A DNA stretch of 64,000 nt from Eukaryota sp. GEM-RC1 (lineage: Eukaryota): positions 372,001 through 436,000 of the forward strand of contig JAUFOQ010000006.1 in NCBI GenBank assembly GCA_040285855.1, given 5' to 3'. Made by a program: the position numbers and the translations under genes. Positions 35,039 to 46,600 of this stretch are shown one piece after another. A model generated the notes under the pieces. That model was not told where the DNA came from. It saw only the letters and a program-made list of their open reading frames with translations, and ran no database searches. Position 1 is the first letter of the stretch; every line of letters begins with the position of its first letter.

Positions 35039-36506
35039 TTATAAAGATATTTTGATCATTAGAGGTCTACCATGAGCACAACAGTATGGATTCTGACATT
35101 GAACCAGTTTTTCCACTAATTGAAGCGAATCTTGACGTGATAAGGTGGTATTAAAGAAAACCGATCCTCTACAAGCTCTACTCTCAACCTCTTTAATTAC
35201 AAATGAAGGCACATAACCTGGAAATACACCTATTGTTTCAACTTCAGTAATCCAATTAGAAAGAGTTTCTGTTTTAGACTTACCCAAGACTACAGGGGAG
35301 CCGACAACTAGTTTAAAGTCAGCTGAGAACACCCATCCCCATCTTGTTAACCCCCATGTTCTTATGTTTGTTGGTAGATTAGCTATTCGAGTTGATTGAT
35401 CAGTAGTGATGGGTAAATTAATCTTCAACGGGAGTAGACTGGTTCCGTCATCTTCATTAGACTCTAGCCAATGAGAATGTATTTTGATTAGTTGGGCTTC
35501 TGATAGGACTTGTGATTGGTGATGTGATGGGGATCGTTGGATTGTCGTTAATAACCATTCTAATCTAATTCTTTCATCAGCAGCATGTTGATCAAGAAAT
35601 ATAAACGATCTATTATGGTTAGAAGACTTGCTTTCAAAGAAAAGTAACTTGTTATGTAGTTGTGAAACAAAGGAATGTTGCTGAACAATTGAACTAAAAG
35701 GTTCTGAATTGCAATGCTGGACAGCAGTTTTAGGACAGTTAATTGCAAATGCCTTTTTCCATACAGATTTAGAATCACCCTCATTTCTATATTTTAAAAA
35801 CCATTCATTAAAGAATGTCAACATGTTCTTCACTGATGAAGTCGAAATTAGAAATGTAAAGTAGTTGTTGTTCCTTGAAGATGTTCGTGATTGAAGTAAG
35901 AAAAGAAGTGCAGAGGTTAGAGATTGATCAGTTATTTGGAAGCCCATTGCACAGTATTTGACTTGAAGTTCTTTTTTGGGTAGAATACACAAGGAAAAGA
36001 CCTCCAAGTGATTCGAAAAGTTGAGATGAAAGAGGAGATTGAATTTGGAGTACTTGTTGACCTCTGGAGAGTACGGATGTTACTGGTTCGTAAAGTACTG
36101 GAGCTTCATTTTCACCACGAAGTAGTAATCGAAGCGATGGGCGTGCGATTAGGAGTGATTGTAAATAGCATTGGAGAGTGTGCATGGAGATGGAATTGCA
36201 TGACTCGAGTACAAAAGTTGTTGGACATTCATGTGTTATGTTGAGAGTACGCATGGTTATTCGGTCCTCGTTCAAAGAGAAGACTTGACTTTGATGGTTA
36301 CTGTCAGACACAATCCACTTAAAGGAAGTGTTGGAGAAAAGCTGAAGTCCATCAATCAGTTGCTGAGAGAACAACACAGTTGGGTCACAACCAATCACTA
36401 TGGACGAAAGTCTCTTCGATACAATGAAGTGACTCACATCTAACTGTAGAAGATGATCTAGGACATATGATACAACATTCATCTCAAAACACTTTTGCAG
36501 TAACAC
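35039..36506 (-). CDS. MLH3: MutL homolog MLH3 (frameshifted near 36.0 kb; 5' end uncertain)
   Basis: Endonuclease motif DQHAADERIRLE; ACRGSVFFN; CAHGRP. Confidence 0.85.
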
Positions 36507-37031
36507 TTTGCCGGTAAAATGGATTTATTTTAGTGACAACAGTCTGGGTGTTGACTTTAAGCTTAAACTATTCCTTTGTGCATTCTCTTTGTCTGACATC
36601 CCGAGTCATTTGAAACTTTTGTTTTTCGTTCTCGTCCACGAATTGTTCACCAGGTTTTATGAGTGATGCTTTGGATGGTTCCACTTCTACTTTTCTAGTT
36701 ACTGGATGAGGCATTGAATACGTAGCAACTTAACTGGTTGACAATCTACTAGTTTTTTCAAACTACTACAGGGTTTCTGTTGGGTCAACCAAAAACAACG
36801 TTAGATCTCGTTTCTGACTGTTGAATAGAAACAGACACGTGGTCAATCACGTCAACTAAATGTTGATTCGTTTACAAATGTCTTTGGTAGAATCAGAAAC
36901 TAAGACTAAGTCCATAGTGTTTGGCAGATGATAGGCTTCTTAGGGGTGTAGTGTAGTACATTCCTCATTCCTGTGCTGCACAATCTCCAGTTGTAGTGTA
37001 GGATAAATAAAGAAAGGTGGTTCTACATGTA

Positions 37032-37653
37032 CACTAAACGGTTTAATTAGTCTGGATTTTAAATTAGTCTGATCCAGACTAATTCATATATATCAATAAT
37101 ACAAAATGGTCAATTATATGAAATTTAGTCTGGATTTTTGAACAACATTTCCAACAATGTCAGTAGAAGATGGGTGCCGGATCGCTACTATTGAGTTGAC
37201 TTTAAATTGCCCGTCACATGGTTCTCTATCTTAAATGGTTTCGCGAGAATTCGATCGGACCAGCTTCAGTTTCATGAAGAAGAAGACGTGGTTGAACTTG
37301 ATGAAGAGTCTGCCGTTCACCATGTTGAAGCCTAAGCTACAGGAAATCGTTACAAACCATCAAGAAAAATTTAATGATAGAAAGCCTGATACTTGGTCCA
37401 AAAGTGAAGAAGGTAGTGATGACGAGTATGTTATAGATGCATAATGATGAAGAATTTGAGTTTGATATGGTTCTTTTCAAAACCAAAATCCAGACTAATT
37501 TATATCATGACGTGTTAGTGGGGTTCAGACTAATAACAATATATGTAAATTAGTCGGGATTTTAATCAGTCTGGTCCAGACTAATACATATTTTTCGAGC
37601 ATCAGACCAACTATGAAAATTAGTCTGGACCAGACTAATTAAACCGTTTACTG
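37032..37653. mobile_element. pogo/Tc1-mariner-like MITE
   Basis: TIR CA(C/G)TAAACGGTTTAATTAGTCTGG; TA flanks; multiple internal AATTAGTCTGGA/CCAGACTAAT repeats. Confidence 0.88.
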
Positions 37654-38130
37654 TAGTATCATTCAATCAACATCTGACAATCGAATATTATCCCTCGGCT
37701 CATTTGTCATCAATTATATTTTAGGACCGTCTTAATTTGAAGAAGAAGGTGAGATATTTGATAATGCAGAAAGAGATCACAAGTTCACGATACCCTTCTT
37801 GTAAGTCACAAGATACGGTTTTGTTTGTCTTGTTGCCGTATATGATAAAACTGGTGTATATAATTTAGACATTATTTAGTTCTGTTATTGAATTTGTTGT
37901 CATTTGACATTTGCTGAAGTTGAAAATCTAATCTAGTACTTAACTGGAACCAAATTGAGGTCCTCCAAGTCGAATTTATGTCTATTCAACTTGATCATTT
38001 GCATCGCGTTAACTTATCTAACGTTGTCTATTGATGCGTTGATTACATACACAATAATTCAAAATGTGAAAGATATACAGTTGTAATTCTTCAAGACTGT
38101 GGTTGTCTTCAATCAACTTGATATCAATAG

Positions 38131-38745
38131 CAGTGATCGACAAAATATAAAACCGTAAATATGGTAACTTTTCAGACAACTCCGTAAATAATTTCCGTAT
38201 TTTACGGAACGATATATTCACGGTAACAATATTACTTTCCATAAATAATTGCAATACGGAAGCGTATTTCACCGTAAATTTACTTGTGGATTTCCACGTT
38301 TCTACAACAAGAAATTTTTATCAAACTGTCTGATTGTTTGGAGTGAAAACCATAGTAAAAATAGTATATATTTTTCTCACCACAATCCTCTTATTTTCGT
38401 TGTGGCAAGAATTAGAACATCATATGAACAATATTTTTTGATGTTCTGAAGATTCAAAACTTTGATAGTCAACAAACCGATCAGTTTTGGCGTGATACAG
38501 AAGATCGGCGTATCCCTTACCCTTCTTAATCCAAGCGAAAACAATGGGTTGACAGTACTTACACTTGTAGTAGTCAGAAGAGACTACAGTATGGTACATG
38601 GGAGGATGTAGCGGGTCTTCCAACTTCGTGAAGAAGTTTTTGATACCCATCGTCTTGGCATTGTTTACGGAAAAATACATTTTTTAAAGAATTGTTTCAC
38701 CGTAAATAATTTCCATATTTTACGGGAAACTCTATTTTACGGAAA
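38131..38745 (-). mobile_element. Truncated inverted copy of the hAT family at 38897-39597
   Basis: One terminus CAGTGATCGACAAAATATAA; BED-finger YYKCKYC..KGKGYADLLYHAK; reverse-complement similarity over about 600 bp. Confidence 0.85.
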
Positions 38746-38896
38746 CATTGAAAATGAACATTGAATATGGTTTGTTACTCAAACACATAACACGCGTGTT
38801 AGATGTGATTTTTAACCATGGCAGCGTTCACAGAAAAGTATTGAATTTTTGCTACTATGTAATACGCAAATGTCCGTTTTCAATATGGGTCTGAAT

Positions 38897-39597
38897 CAGT
38901 GATCGTCAAACCATAAAATAAAAATAACGTATTTACGGAATTGCCGTAAATACGGTACTGTACCAACTATTGCTTTCCGTAAAATAGAGTTTCCCGTTAT
39001 TTACGGGAATTATTTAAGGTAAAACATTTCCGTAAAATATGTATTTTTCTGTAAACAATGCCAACACGATGCGTATAAAAAACTTCTTCACAAAGCTAAA
39101 AAGACCCGCTACGTACTTCCAGGTACCATAATGTAATCTCATCTGACTGCTGCAAATGTAAGTACTGTCAACCAATTCTCTTCGCTTGGATTAAGAAGGG
39201 AAAGGGATACACCGATCTTCTGTATCACGCCAAAACTGAGCATTTTGAAGACTATCAAAGTTTTGAATCTTCAGAACATCAGAAAAACACTGTTCAATAT
39301 GATGTTCCGAGTCTTGCCAAAACGAAAATAAGAGGATTGTGGTGTTAGAAATAAATATGATTTTTACCATGGTTATTACTCCAAACTAAGAAACTGTTTG
39401 ATAACCATTTTGGTTCTAGATACCTGTAAATCCAAAAGTGAATTTACGGTGAAATACGGTTCCGCATTGCAATTATTGACGGAAAATAATATTGTTGCCG
39501 TAAAATACTAGTATATCGTTCCGTAAAATACGGAAATTATTTACGGAGTTGTCTGAAAAGTTACCGTATTTACGGTCTTATATTTTGTCGATCACTG
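38897..39597 (+). mobile_element. Non-autonomous hAT transposon
   Basis: TIR CAGTGATCG(T/A)CAAA; 8-bp TSD GTCTGAAT (38889-38896, 39598-39605); subterminal TTTACGG/CCGTAAA repeats; BED remnant. Confidence 0.92.
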
Positions 39598-39869
39598 GTC
39601 TGAATGTGAAAACATCAATTTTTGAAAAAAATGAAACACGAAGTGTCAAAACTTCCCCACACTAATGTTGAGTATCATATGGATAAATGTGTAGAAGAAA
39701 TGAGTTTAATATCGTTGAACATCCAAGAAGATTTGTAACTTCAACACATAACACGCGTGTTAGATGTGGTTTTTAACCATGATAGCGTAAACAGAACGCT
39801 ATCATAGAAATAGGTTCATGTGTTTGTTTCATTAAAAATCTAAAACTCTAAATTGAAATGAAGCAGGTT

Positions 39870-40010
39870 AATAATTGTACAGTAAGCTTTTGATCACCAA
39901 ACAATGCTTTCAATTGAAAGAAGTTTAAGTTTAGACTACTATATTTAGTGGTAACCTATTTGTAGGAAGGTTACCTTATTGGGCACCGAATAAAATTTTA
40001 GTTTTTGTAT
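39870..40010 (+). mobile_element. Short 3' tip of a CRE-like non-LTR element
   Basis: LYSKL-like ORF tail followed by the shared 3' UTR motif GGAAGGTTACCTTATTGGGCACCGAATA. Confidence 0.5.
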
Positions 40011-40363
40011 ATTTACAATAAATAAATGCATATTTCCAACAAAAGTGTAGACTAAGTTTTCTTTATGATTCTTTCTTTCATGTCACAAGCGTACGCCAAC
40101 AAAAGTGTAGTAATTGATTAGTAATCTCACCGTTGAATACATTAACGACTCTGCTAGTGGCTCAGAAGACACGACAACAACATGTTACAATAATCACGTC
40201 TCCAACCCAAGAAACCATTCAAAACACATGCAAATTACTGAAGGAGAGTTGTACTTGATACTTGGACCTTCAAACTTTATACTGTTACAACAAAATTTAA
40301 TTACCACACAATGTGTACACCAGTCTTTCAAGACAATAGACACACATGCAGAAATATCGTATA

Positions 40364-40690
40364 TTAACAAGAGAAGTACACCTTCCAAGAGGTAGATGAA
40401 ACAGTGGTAACTCTACAATCACATCCTTCACACTTGATTCCGTCACTTCCAAACTGAACCGAAGCGGAGTTTCCATTGGCCCGATACAACAGATACGACC
40501 ATGTACCAGTACTGGCCGCATTAGACCACGTCATTGGAATGATCTTTGTTGCTGGTGGATCGTCCCACCTTCCATCAGTGGAGAACCTTTTGTAATTCAT
40601 CACATACATAGAACGATTGTGAACCTGAACTTGATACAGAGTACAATGAGATAGAGCAAGAAGACAGAAGAGAACAAAAAGGAGATGCAT
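40364..40690 (-). CDS. Small secreted beta-rich protein (aegerolysin/actinoporin-like pattern)
   Basis: Intact 108-aa ORF with a signal peptide MHLLFVLFCLLALSHC; VQVHNRS..DGRWDDPPATKIIP; three C-terminal Cys plus a terminal Cys. Confidence 0.6.
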   Translation of the reverse strand: MHLLFVLFCLLALSHCTLYQVQVHNRSMYVMNYKRFSTDGRWDDPPATKIIPMTWSNAASTGTWSYLLYRANGNSASVQFGSDGIKCEGCDCRVTTVSSTSWKVYFSC

Positions 40691-41830
40691 TTACTAGGAA
40701 GTCAGGGAAGTGAATTTATCTGATCTGATTTGATGAAGATTCATTGTTCTACTTCAACGGTACAGAAGTAATCTGCAAAATGTAAAACCGTAAACAAAAC
40801 AACATTTCAGATGACTCTACAAATAATTTCCGTCTTTTACTGAATGTTAAACTATACAGAAGGAAATCCATTCCGTAAACAAATGAAATAGCCGTAGTTC
40901 ACCGTATATTCACTCCTGGTTGTACTTATGTATAGAATAATTTTTATATCATCCGAATCATTTCAATCTGTTTGTAATATAAGCCATAAATTTGAAATGG
41001 ATCATTTCTAACTCAACAGCATTCTCTGACTTCTGGTTTTCGGGCTACGATCAATTTGGCAACCTCTAAGTGGTTTTAATGATGGATACAAGATCCATGA
41101 ACGGTGACGTGATTCCTTTTTGAATATTAAATGGGTAATAAGTCTTTTAACGATGTTGGAAAGATCCACAATAGGTCTTTCGAAACGAACTCTCTCACAC
41201 TATCCGATAATAACAATAATTGATACAAAATCAAATAACCAAATCAAAAATTAAAATTCGTCAAACAATTACAAAACTCGTTTGATGATTACATAATTGA
41301 ATTGATAATTCTTGCAATAATTCATAAACACGCGTAGCTTCCAACACTCGAACTAGTTACAATACTCCATTTCAATACTGCACTACACTTTACTGCAATA
41401 ACTGAAAAATGAAATCATTTTTGAGGAGACTTGTTTGATGGTAGGAAATTCAATCATTTGCTAAAATTTATTGTTATGGTCCCAATACACGCAACAATAA
41501 ATACAATTTCATACAATACGGCTACCATTTAATCAAGAAGCTGGATCGGCGTCTATAGAAGGGAATTCCAATTGTGGGGACATTTGCGAAACTTTACCGT
41601 TCTATATTCGTATAATTCTGGTCAATCTGGCAACTCTTGTCCAACAGGAATTCCAATAAAATCTGGAAATTCGATTGTTAAAGGTTTTTTGAACAATTAG
41701 TACTTGAAATCGATACAACATTCCACAGCGGCTCAATGGCACTTACTTTAGTACAGTCGTCGATTTATATAGAACAATGTGAATTTAGTTTCAGAAACAA
41801 TACAAGCACGTCATTTACTATACTTGTAAT

Positions 41831-42801
41831 CATAGTTGCAAAATACAAAATACAGTATTTTTTTGTATTCTGTATTTTTTCTGTATTATGTATTGTATTT
41901 TTTTCTGGAAAAGTGTATTATGTATTCGTATTTTTTGTATTTATTTATCAGCCCGAAAATCCCTTCAATTGACGAATATGACTCAAATCAATGAGAGCAA
42001 CACTCGACAGCGGATCTTTCTGATCAATTGTACTATTGTTTGGTACAATTGGGCCATGTATTATTTTCACTCGCAGAAATACTAGTACAATTGTCTGCTG
42101 AATTTTCGGAACGTTCCAGTACAGTACGTCAACGGCGTGTGCTAGATGACTAAAAAGTGAAACACCGATCAAGTCAAGTAACAAAAATTTGGAAACGCTT
42201 AATAACGTTCATTCCAAAGAATCGAAAAGTACCAAACCATGTGAAGTTGTGCAATCTAGTTTCACTACTGTCAGTCAGTGATGAAGATCTAAATCCCTGA
42301 TGAGACGAGCTACACGACACTCAGATTGATCCTGTTTTGAAGATCTACTTGTTGTCTTTGGAGACTATGATTTCGAGTTTATACATTTTTACCTACAATC
42401 GATATATTAAGACGATTTACAACTAATGTACAAGACAAAAAGTGTGCAAAGTCACATTGAATAACTGTATAACTCCACGACAGTTCTTTCCGTGGACCAA
42501 ATGAACATTTGAACCCTCGGTGCATTTCAGAATCGAAATAACAATTGGGTTGATAAATGAAAAGAAGTTCAAGAGTGCGTACCGAAGACGTGAACCATGA
42601 TAACCCTGATGATCAATCACGTTTGCAGTCGTTGGACTCAATACACTTGGTTTAATACTTGCAATTACTAGAAAAGGAAATACAATTAATACAGTATTCT
42701 GTATTGTATTTGTATTCTGTATCTGTATTGTATTTTTGTATTCTGTATTTTTTGTATTCTGTATTGTATTATTTTTTTTGTCCGTGTATTTTGCAACTAT
42801 G
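41831..42801 (-). mobile_element. Non-autonomous hAT transposon
   Basis: TIR CATAGTTGCAAAATAC; 8-bp TSD CTTGTAAT (41823-41830, 42802-42809); TGTATT subterminal repeats; transposase-like remnant AHAVDVL. Confidence 0.92.
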
Positions 42802-43685
42802 CTTGTAATAGAATCTTGCTTGTATTATGACTGCTCATTTTTGAAGGTTTGAATCACTTAAAAACGAACGCGAAACTCATAAGAAATTTGTTTTTGACGA
42901 TTCTAGTCCCATTCGAAATTTGTGTTTGTTCCATGAGTTGTTTGTGCTATTATGCTGTATTGGTCAAATGGACTTTCAGTTGCTCATTGATTTGGGGTCT
43001 ATGTGTAAATCTCAAACATGTTTTCATATTTGTTGCTTATAATATAGTGGAGGCTAATTGCTAAAAAATGATGTGATTTCCTTCAAAATAGTTAAAACAA
43101 ATCAAAACACTTTTTCTAGACAAATACAAATTTTGAGCAATATTGTCAGATTTGTGTTCTTCTCGTTTTCTGTGTTTCAGTCCTGTCAACTGTTTATTAA
43201 AGAAGAAGTTTAAGATCCAGCGGGATTTTAAGAATGTCTTTTGTAAACATTCAAAAACATTATATTTTACAAGTTCGAAAGTAATGGAACGGTTACAACT
43301 CAGTAGACGAGAAAGGTTCAATTGTTTTCACAACTGAATTATCTGTCGGATTGTTCAGCCACAAATGACATCTAAGTCTCATTGTTGTGGTTCAAAAGAA
43401 AATCACTTCCAGAGATTCAGTCTAAAATTTTAGCAACAAGATTTGAATTTTTCTGTTTGAATCCGTCAATTATCGCCATGTTTAGATGAACTGTGGGGTT
43501 GTAACTCTTTATCAATAGGAACTGTACTGGTAAGAACTTACAAGAATCGATAACGGATTCCAATAGATATCATTCACAGATATCATGTGCAACACTGGGC
43601 TTTTCGTTTTTTTTGAGTTTTTCTGTATATCAGATGTGCTTCCAATTATGATTCAAATAATACAATTTTATAAAAACTAACAAAA

Positions 43686-46600
43686 CTAACAATTTTCAAT
43701 GAAATCTCTAATCACTTCGACGGAATCAATGGCCTTTTGTGGTAACATTTGGAAGTAATAACATTACAGTTTGTTCTTACTTTGGATAGCTGATTAATCA
43801 TTGTTCTAAAGATAAAGAAATATTCCAACAAAATGACAACAAGTATAGCAAAGAACACAATTACCACCAAATTTCTAAATCTATTCAAAAATGATTGAGA
43901 ATCATCACGATACACTGCTAAAGATTCATATAGCAAAGTTGACAAAGTTCTTGACTGGGAAATTAAATCATGTAAAAGAGGATTGTTACCATCAATTACT
44001 GTGTCAAAAGAAGCAAGTTCCCTAGAAATTTGAATGAAATTTTCAAATAAAACATGAATACCGCTGGTTAAGATTGAACTGTTTAAAGAAAAACCACTAT
44101 CAAACAACATCAAATCTTGGTCAAGGTCCACTCCAATTGAGCCCAAAAGTTCATCATCACCAAATAACAATTGTAAATGTTTTTCTCTTAATTGTTCGGC
44201 AATAAATGAAACAATACTTGATTGTAAAGGAGAATCATTGTCAAGTAGAATTAAAGAATTTCCAGTCACTCTTTTGGTCATGATGAACCGTTCTCCAGCT
44301 AACCACATGGAATTAACCCTAGGAATAGACTCAAGAGACATAAAGATTGCAAGATAATAGAAGAGAGAAATTAAAACAGCCAAGAAAGTGAGCGCCAAAA
44401 TATATTTAATTTTTAAAACTTTCATCGCAGCAAATACAAGTTTTTCTTTCACATGCAGTTTCTTGATTGATTGTTCAGAAAGAGAAAAATAAAATAAAAT
44501 TATGGAAATAGTTATTAGAAAACAACTGATAAAAAGAACACCAATCAACGAGAAAAAATTTGAATTAAACGTAGATTCAGAATTTTGAATAATTTCGGCA
44601 GAAGATGTATCAAACGCAACTGAAATTCCGACCAAAAGCTCATAATCTCGTATCAAAACTTGATAATAGATATCAGAAACAAGAATAGATTGAGCCAATC
44701 TAATTTGATTGTACACTGTCAATGACAAATCATGAGAGTTATTTGAATAAAATGAACTCCAATCAATGTAATCAAACGTTGTTTTAAAATGCCAATAATC
44801 TGACTGATTTGAAAAATTCCATTCCAATGATCGACCAATAATCATTTCGGGAATGTCAAATCCACTGGCAGCAAGAGTGATTGCAACATCTTCAATATAT
44901 CGAGAATCAACAAAAGCAAGTTCTTTAACAGAATTATAAAACACTGACAAAGTTTCTCTAAATTCCGAGGTAATTTCCGAGTCTAATACAGACTCAGTAC
45001 TGGTCAAAAAATCTGCAAAGAACTGTCTTCTTGTGTTAACTTCATTGAAGACGTTAGTGTTTCCGAATTGTACAAATATAAAGATGAAATATTCGCTGAC
45101 CATTTCATTGAAATCAACTACATCAAAAGAAGAGTCAATTTCTAATTTTGATGAAACATTTGAATAAAATGAAGAAAATGAATTATAAGTAGAAATTACA
45201 AAAATGATGGATCCAATTAAAGAAACAGCAATCAAAAACAAGAATATTAGAGAAGCAATTCTATGAGTAAAAAAGGAGTAAAACGTAAAACTCCCAATAA
45301 ACAAAATTACGATAAAAATAGCACAAGGAACTAGAATAGCAAGGGCAATAAATACATTAATCTGTACGGAATCATTTACAGATTCAACTTGAGTTTGAAA
45401 TTGTGCAAAAATGTCATGTACAAAGTTAAAAATATTTGAAATTCGTTTGAAATCCAAATCCATGTGTCGTCGATTAGTAACAATTGACCTAGAAAGAGTT
45501 CTTAATTCTTCTGGTTCAAGTTGAGAATCTTTTTCTAAAGAAGAATACCAATAATGAACATCATAATATTCCAGATCAATCAATTCCCAATCAGTTTCCT
45601 TGGTGACGTCATAAGTGACTGAAGCAACGTTAGGCATATCGTAATCAGAATAGTTAAAAGCTAATTGAGCGATTTTAAAAACGATTAAGTCTTTGTACTC
45701 CAATGTTTCCTGATAAAATTTAAAATTCCCCAAATATTTCAGAGACTCAGCATCGATATCCACCCTTCGCAGAGCTGAAAAAGCATTTGTTCGTTCTAAT
45801 GAATAATAGAGGGAAAAATAGCGGTGATAATATCTTAAATTACCAGTACTGGCAAAAGCAACAACAGTTTTAGACATATCTCGAACATTTTCGAGTAGCA
45901 TTTCAATATTTTCAGCGATTAAAGAGACTTCTCCAGGTCTTGCTGTTAAATATCCAACTAGATCATTTAATTGAAACATTAATGTTGAAACCGAAATAAT
46001 TCCAAATAAAACCAAAAAAAGTGTACCTAAAATTACCCAAAATTTCCAGCCATTGGATTGTCGATGTTCCTTGACGACAGATTCATCAGTTTTTGAATCA
46101 CAATTGGAAGCATTTCCTAAATCTATAGATTCATCTTCGGGATTTGATTGAGAGTCTGATAAGTCATTCTCTGACATTTGTCTGTTTAAGGAGGAATGAG
46201 CATGTTCTTCAATCAAATGTTGATTGGCAATGTGACTATGGGTGAACTTTTCTTGATCAAGAATTTCAGACACAGAATCTGGTGGAACATATAGGAATAA
46301 ATTAAAAATTTGATTCTTATTTTGAATAATTTCGTGTAGAGCACGTCCAAACAGGAAAACTCCAATAACAACGACAATAGCAAGAGATGCAATAATTGGA
46401 AACAATATTAATCACCACAATCAGATCTAATTGATCAAGAACGTCATCTTTTAGAGCGGTCAGAAAGCCCAAGACTCTATCATAAATTTGTTCTCTATTT
46501 TGAACTAGAAAGAAGACATCAGAACGGTGGGAATCAAGGTCAGGAATGGTGCGTTCAGTTTCATTTCTGCCAAATAGGAAAGCTCTTCGACAGTAATCAA

